62,759 bases of DNA, taken from assembly GCA_035490095.1 (NCBI GenBank), contig DATHHQ010000325.1, positions 1 to 62,759 of the forward strand, given 5' to 3'. The notes below the pieces were generated by a model. It was not told the origin of the DNA, made no database searches, and saw nothing but the letters and a program-made list of their open reading frames with translations. The DNA is from Bradyrhizobium sp. (GTDB taxonomy: Bacteria; Pseudomonadota; Alphaproteobacteria; Rhizobiales; Xanthobacteraceae). This document shows positions 57,777 to 62,759 of this stretch, piece after piece. The position numbers were made by a program, and so were the translations under genes. Numbering within the stretch: position 1 is the first letter of the stretch; every line of letters starts with the position of its first letter.

Positions 57777-58777
57777 CACTCGACCACCTCATCGGCGCGG
57801 CCGAGCAGCATCGCTGGCATTTCGAGGCCAAGCGCTTTCGCAGTCTTGAGATTGATGACCAGCTCGAATTTGGTCGGCTGATAAAAAGGAATGTCTCCCG
57901 GATTGGCACCTCTAAGAATCTTGTCGATGAGGTTGGCGACGCGGCGATAGATGTCCGCTAGGTCGCTCCCATAAGCCATCAGTCCGCCAACTTCGACGAA
58001 TTCGCGGAACGGACTTATTGTGGGAATTCGATCTTTCGCGGCCAATTCGGCAATCGTCGCACGATAGGTGACGTGCTCGGGTTCTTCAGATACCATGAGC
58101 GCATCCGCTCGATCTTGTTCCATTGACCTGAAGACGCGCTGGTACTCCGCCTCGTTAAAGGCGCTGCCCAGCAGAGCAGCCTTCAACGAAATGCCTGCCT
58201 GTTTGGCCGCCTCTCGGGCTGCCTCACCTCTTGCATCTTCCCAGAATCGTTGCGATGCAAGGTAGCCGACGGTGGACAGTTTTGGCACCGCCTCGACCAG
58301 CAGCCCCATACGTTTTCCAATGATTTCCAATCCCCCAGCGATAGTAACGCCTGTGATGTTGCCGCCCGGCCGCGCGATGCTTGCCACAAGTCCTTGGGCA
58401 ATCGGATCGATGATTATCGTCACAATCGGGATTGTCGTCGTCGCCATTTTGAAGTCTAGCGATAGATGAGCGCCCGACGTTAAAATCAAGTCAGGATGCC
58501 TGTTGACGACATCGCGGGCCAGTTCGGCATAGCGTTCGGGTCGCCCTTCTCCGGAGTAGCGTTCTACTCCGAGGTTTTGGCCCTCGACGTAGCCAAGGCG
58601 ACTTAGCTCCTCGAAAAAAGCGCGGTAATACGGTCTACCGCTCACGCTTATTTCGCTGACTTTGGCCGAAGAGGTAACAAGAGCGATCCGCTTCATCTTC
58701 GCCGGTTGCTGCGCTCCGGCCGCGAGTGGCCACGTAGCCGCAGTACCAAGTGCCGTGATGAAATCGCGCCGCCGCAT
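57776..58777 (-). CDS. Second orphan ABC_sub_bind substrate-binding protein
   Basis: MRRRDFIT, GLVASIARPGGNITG, QPTKFELVINLKTAKALG, RADEVVE. Confidence 0.92.
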   Translation of the reverse strand: MRRRDFITALGTAATWPLAAGAQQPAKMKRIALVTSSAKVSEISVSGRPYYRAFFEELSRLGYVEGQNLGVERYSGEGRPERYAELARDVVNRHPDLILTSGAHLSLDFKMATTTIPIVTIIIDPIAQGLVASIARPGGNITGVTIAGGLEIIGKRMGLLVEAVPKLSTVGYLASQRFWEDARGEAAREAAKQAGISLKAALLGSAFNEAEYQRVFRSMEQDRADALMVSEEPEHVTYRATIAELAAKDRIPTISPFREFVEVGGLMAYGSDLADIYRRVANLIDKILRGANPGDIPFYQPTKFELVINLKTAKALGLEMPAMLLGRADEVVE

Positions 58778-58906
58778 CTGACTCGCCTGAAGAAGGTGCC
58801 CTACGCATCGTCCAAACTACAGCAACCTCGAACGTTCAGCGAGGGACAAATGGCATCTGCCAGTTCAGCCGCGCGGATCGCCGTATTTCTCCTTGCTTCG
58901 GAAGGG

Positions 58907-60202
58907 TCATTTGGCGAATGCTTGATAGACCATATTTCGGATGAGAGAGCGGTAATACGCTCCCTGGTTTATTGGCACCTGCACCATCATGACAGCGATT
59001 AGGCTCTCTTTCGGATCTACCCAAAAGGTCGTCCCTGACGCGCCGGTCCAGTAGAATTCTCCAACCGAGCCTGGCATCGGATTGCGACCGACGTCCGTAC
59101 GAACCGCGAAGCCAAGGCCAAAGCCCTGCCCCAGTGCTGGGCTTGGAATTAGTGAGCCGAACCCCTGTACGGCTTGGCTTATGGCCGTTCCAGGAGGCAA
59201 GTGATCGGACGTCATGTAGGCCACAGTCCGAGGGGAGAGGAAATGGGCACCGTCGAATTCCCCGCCATTGAGGAGCATTAGGCAAAAGCGCGCATAATCG
59301 GGTGCAGTCGAAACCATACCGCCACCTCCAGACATCCAACTGGGACGCACACTCACATCGCGCATGGGTGGTCGCTTGCCAGTTGCTGCGTCTACCTGCG
59401 GTTCAGCAGCGCGGCTGATTTGCTCCGCCGACAAATAAAAGCCGGTGTCGGACATGCCCAGCGGCTTTGTTATACGCTCGGCGATAAACCGATCTAGCTC
59501 CATACCAGACACGACTTCGACAACGCGGCCGAGAACGTCCGTCGACATACTGTATTCAAACGTCGTGCCTGGCTGATAGGCGAGCGGCAACTGCGATAAT
59601 TTGCTTATGACAACCGCAAGGTTTTCACCGGGTGCCCCAATGTTCGCGCTGCGATATTCCTGCTTGACTAATGAATCTCCGAATTGTCCGTAAGTCAGTC
59701 CAGAGGTATGACGCAATAAATCATGGATTGTCATTTCGCGCCGAGGAGGCTCCAACACGAGTTCCGGCTTTCCGGCACCGTCGTTGACCTTCTCCACGCC
59801 GACTTTGACTCCCTTGAACTCCGGCAAAAAGGCCGACACCGGCGATACAAGCTGGAGCTTGCCCTCCTCGACCAACATCATGACGGCGACGGAAACAAGC
59901 GGCTTTGTCATGGAGGCGATCCGGAAGATTGCATCCCCCTTCATAAGGACCTGCTTCTCGCGATCTTGATACCCAAATGCGCCCGAGTAAGCGACTTTGC
60001 CATTGCGTAAGACAAGAACTACAGCCCCAGGAATCTTTTCACTGTCCACCTCGGACTGGAAAGCGGCATCGAGTATTTTCAAGCGCTGCGTCGATAGGCC
60101 CACCTCCTCTGGCTGTCGAGCTTTTGGGAGTGGCTCGGCAACTGCAGGAAAAGCGATGCAGACGGCGACAATCGTCGCAGACAAAAACCCACGGAGCATC
60201 AT
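58907..60202 (-). CDS. Serine hydrolase, beta-lactamase class C/family VIII esterase-like
   Basis: Signal peptide, FRIASMTK (SxxK), LLRHTSG, FEYS, WTGASGT. Confidence 0.92.
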   Translation of the reverse strand: MMLRGFLSATIVAVCIAFPAVAEPLPKARQPEEVGLSTQRLKILDAAFQSEVDSEKIPGAVVLVLRNGKVAYSGAFGYQDREKQVLMKGDAIFRIASMTKPLVSVAVMMLVEEGKLQLVSPVSAFLPEFKGVKVGVEKVNDGAGKPELVLEPPRREMTIHDLLRHTSGLTYGQFGDSLVKQEYRSANIGAPGENLAVVISKLSQLPLAYQPGTTFEYSMSTDVLGRVVEVVSGMELDRFIAERITKPLGMSDTGFYLSAEQISRAAEPQVDAATGKRPPMRDVSVRPSWMSGGGGMVSTAPDYARFCLMLLNGGEFDGAHFLSPRTVAYMTSDHLPPGTAISQAVQGFGSLIPSPALGQGFGLGFAVRTDVGRNPMPGSVGEFYWTGASGTTFWVDPKESLIAVMMVQVPINQGAYYRSLIRNMVYQAFAK

Positions 60203-60348
60203 CAGAAGCCCCCAATCGTCGGAAACAGAAACGTCAAAAAATGATCATCAGCATAACCGCCCCCGTGGTCAGATTTCAAGTTGTGATAGAGGCGAGGGAG
60301 AAATGCTACCCTTCAGCTTCAAACGCTGATGAAATTCAATGTGCGAAA

Positions 60349-60593
60349 TGGGTCCACTAGCGGACATCGCGCCTCGATCGTCTGATGTCCGCTCTTCCCT
60401 TGCACCGGACATTGCTGCGTCCGCTTGCGCATTCGAAACGTACCAAAAGCGGGGTCGCCGCCTCATTCGATCACCGCACCGGGAGTCACGGAAAGCTCCG
60501 CAATCGCGTCACGACCTGGTCGTACAGGCCGACTGATTTGCCCGGCGGGCTCGATCCGGGCATCCGGCGGCGTCAGGCGCAAAAATTTTCGTC
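60349..60593 (+). repeat. Long direct repeat, copy 1 (triple-hairpin element, VIE-stop tail and further sequence)
   Basis: First 81 bp identical to 62081-62161; high similarity continues to AAAAATTTTCGTC. Confidence 0.95.
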
Positions 60594-60682
60594 TGTTTTC
60601 CGCTTTGCCCTCAAACTCAGACATCGCGCGATGCATTCAGTATGTCTCAAAGGTGCCAAGAGCGGACTCATGCGCTGCAACA
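60594..60682 (+). repeat. GTGCC-type hairpin element
   Basis: TTCCGCTTTGCCCTCAAACTCAGACAT...ATGTCTCAAAG-GTGCC-AAGAGCGGACTCATGCGCTGCAACA. Confidence 0.75.
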
Positions 60683-60804
60683 TGATACGACTGTGAAGTC
60701 CGGCACAGACCTGCCGACACCCCGATTGTCGCCGACGCAATCGTGATTTATTTTCCTGTTTATCCAACTGACCCGCCAGATCGGCAAGTATTATTCCAAG
60801 CGTC

Positions 60805-60954
60805 ATGCTAGCAGCGCGAGTCCACAAGCCGGGGGCACCGGACGTTATCGTCGCCGAGAGCACCGACGTGCCGGAGCCAGGAAGACAAGAGGTTCTCATC
60901 CGCGTTCAGGCGGCAGGTGTGGGCCCTTGGAACGCCTTGGTCAGAACGGGCAAG
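60805..60954 (+). pseudogene. 5' fragment of an MDR-family NADP-dependent (quinone) oxidoreductase
   Basis: MLAARVHKPGAPDV...VPEPGRQEVLIRVQAAGVGPWNALVRTGK, then similarity is lost at about 50 codons. Confidence 0.8.
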
Positions 60955-60992
60955 CCCACCAACTCTTTGAGAATACTTGATCCCACGAATCC

Positions 60993-61979
60993 TCACTGTG
61001 CAGTTGCGGCCCTGTGTGGCGGTCCCACATAGGGAAACTCGGTGAGCAGATCGCTGTGGGCTCCCACCCCGTCCGTCGTGACTTTTCCATTTGTGAGGAT
61101 CGAGATGAAGCCGTCGAGGACGTCGTCGGTCAACGCCCTGCCATTGCTCGGATAGGACGCCGCGCGCGCGGGGTCGAAGCGCATGATGTCCGGCAGTAGC
61201 GTCCCTGCTACCCGCTGTGCTTCCTCGGAAGAATATCCTCCTATGTGCTCCAGCGAGTGCGCAAAGACGGCGATGAAACCGGCGTCGTCCGCCGGTCCCG
61301 CGGTTAGATAAGCGTCTCTCTCGTCGCCGGGAAGGAAGACAGATTGCGAAGGCCTCGCGCCGCGATCTGCCTGAACCCAGCTGCCGCTTGCGCCGTCTAC
61401 AGTTCGAGCCCAAAGGCCAAGCGCTTTGGTTCCGAGAGTGGAGTTGGGTACTTCCAGCACAATGCTGCACACGTCTTTGTCGGTGAAGAGATCGTTGCCG
61501 GAGAACTGAAAGTTGTTCAAGGCGCCCATCACGTCGAAGAAGAAGGGATCACTACGCCAGCCTGCGAAGAAGCGGTGGTTGCCAGCTTCGGTTATCCGTG
61601 CCTCCCGGTCCATAGAGACCGGCGCTCCTTCGACGATTATCTGCCCACCGTCGTAGGTTCCGGCGGCTTGCGCGCCCTCGACGCGGCGCAGCGTTGCGGT
61701 CTGCGCCCCGTCTGTGAATGGAGAGAAGCGTACGCTGTATGCAATATCGGCAACATTGTCGCCGTTCGTGTCAATCTTGATCTCGTATAACGCATCGGCC
61801 GCGAATGGATCCTGACGGGTCGGTCCCGGCGGATTGAAGCCGGAGGACGGATGCACGTTCATGATCAGGATCGACTTGCCTGCGCTGCCCGGCTTCGGGA
61901 AGGCATACAGGTCGGTTAAGTCAAGACGGGCATCGCCGTGGGGAAAACTAGTGTCAGGGCCGGAATAATGGTGTGACAT
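60993..61979 (-). CDS. DUF4331-family protein
   Basis: MSHH...DLTDLYAF, FAGWRSDPFFFD, NGRALTDDV, FPYVGPPH. Confidence 0.85.
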   Translation of the reverse strand: MSHHYSGPDTSFPHGDARLDLTDLYAFPKPGSAGKSILIMNVHPSSGFNPPGPTRQDPFAADALYEIKIDTNGDNVADIAYSVRFSPFTDGAQTATLRRVEGAQAAGTYDGGQIIVEGAPVSMDREARITEAGNHRFFAGWRSDPFFFDVMGALNNFQFSGNDLFTDKDVCSIVLEVPNSTLGTKALGLWARTVDGASGSWVQADRGARPSQSVFLPGDERDAYLTAGPADDAGFIAVFAHSLEHIGGYSSEEAQRVAGTLLPDIMRFDPARAASYPSNGRALTDDVLDGFISILTNGKVTTDGVGAHSDLLTEFPYVGPPHRAATAQ

Positions 61980-62080
61980 GGATCAGTCTCCGCGCAGGCC
62001 ACTCGTTACAGAAGCATGAAGATGAATGCATTATACGATGGTGTTGTCGATCCGAATCTGTCGGCGCTCAACGTCCGCTT

Positions 62081-62335
62081 TGGGTCCACTAGCGGACATC
62101 GCGCCTCGATCGTCTGATGTCCGCTCTTCCCTTGCACCGGACATTGCTGCGTCCGCTTGCGATATTCGAAAAGTGCCGAAAGCGGAGGTTGCCGCCTCAT
62201 TCGATCACCGCACGGCACACCGGGAGTCACGGAAAGCACCGCAATCGCGTCACGACATGGTCGTACAAGCCGACTGGTTTGCCCGGACGGGCTCGATCCG
62301 GGCATCCGGCGGCTTCAGGCGCAAAAATTTTCGTC
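62081..62335 (+). repeat. Long direct repeat, copy 2
   Basis: See 60349-60593. This copy has an intact first hairpin GTCCGCT-TTGGGTCCACT-AGCGGAC starting at 62073. Confidence 0.95.
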
Positions 62336-62387
62336 ACACAGACTTGGCGCGCACAGCCTGATTTCTTGAGCCGATTCAACAAATCGA

Positions 62388-62759
62388 CCCGACGGGCAAA
62401 TCACCCAAAAGTCTGTAAAGCCCCCGTTGCAAAAATATTCTGATTTTCCGAAGTCGCAAATCAGTCTATATCCATTGCATCCCGTTCCACTCGGAGGGGC
62501 GTTTCGCGAACGTCACGGACGTAGGGATGGGCTGCGGTGGACGCGGCGGCGCGCGAGACGGGCGATGCCGATGCGGACGGTGAAGTCGTGTGGTCCTGAC
62601 ATCTCGACGCTGGTGTCAAGCCGGTGGAAGCAATTCCGCAGGTGACGGTGGCAAAAGAGCCCGATCGCCGGGGAGAGCACGAAGGAAACCGTAAAACCAT
62701 TGCGCGGGGAATGCCGGGTGATTCCGGTGTACTCGTTGTTACTCGTGTGCGTTCTACCA
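62388..62759 (+). repeat. Large non-coding Bradyrhizobium-type dispersed element, cut by the window end
   Basis: CCCGACGGGCAAATCAC...GCAAAAATATTC...GCGGACGGTGAAGTCGTGTGGTCCTGAC...GGGGAGAGCACGAAGGAAACCGTAAAACCATTGCG. Recalled as a multicopy intergenic sequence; no credible ORF. Confidence 0.7.

Noticed and set aside
58907-60202. Beta-lactam resistance gene
   Set aside because: Motifs (SMTK, LLRHTSG, WTG) fit family VIII esterase-like hydrolases; resistance cannot be inferred.
60269-60696. Short ORFs duplicated at 60.3 and 62.0 kb
   Set aside because: Translations of the non-coding direct repeat; indels between the copies break the frames.
53100-62335. CRISPR array or classical integron
   Set aside because: Repeats are degenerate with kb-scale gene-bearing spacers; there are no cas or intI genes and no attC R-box ends.

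Overview
A GC-rich alphaproteobacterial chromosome segment. Gene families and intergenic repeats look Bradyrhizobium-like, which is my inference. Bases 1-52.9 kb are mostly catabolic and transport genes: an edge-truncated alkyl sulfatase, a RutR-like TetR regulon with visible operators, an IclR-linked ThDP/flavoprotein pathway with a Liv-type ABC system, a GT-C-like glycosylation locus with a sigma54 promoter, a molybdenum-hydroxylase cluster with a MocR regulator, and TRAP and Fe3+-type ABC transporters. An IS110 relic lies at 33.6 kb. The most unusual region is 53.1-62.3 kb. There, unrelated single genes are separated by co-oriented copies of a degenerate hairpin element with GGGTC and GTGCC loop motifs. 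Gene stops abut the GTGCC side, and starts lie about 100-150 bp from the GGGTC side. A ~250-bp direct repeat begins exactly at GGGTC. Leftover 3' tails of an ABC substrate-binding gene family follow several elements. Together this looks like an integron-like cassette array whose recombinase is not in the window. Solo copies at 10.9 kb and 34.8 kb follow the same polarity. I saw no rRNA, tRNA, CRISPR array or intact transposase/integrase. All family assignments come from motif recognition, not database searches.
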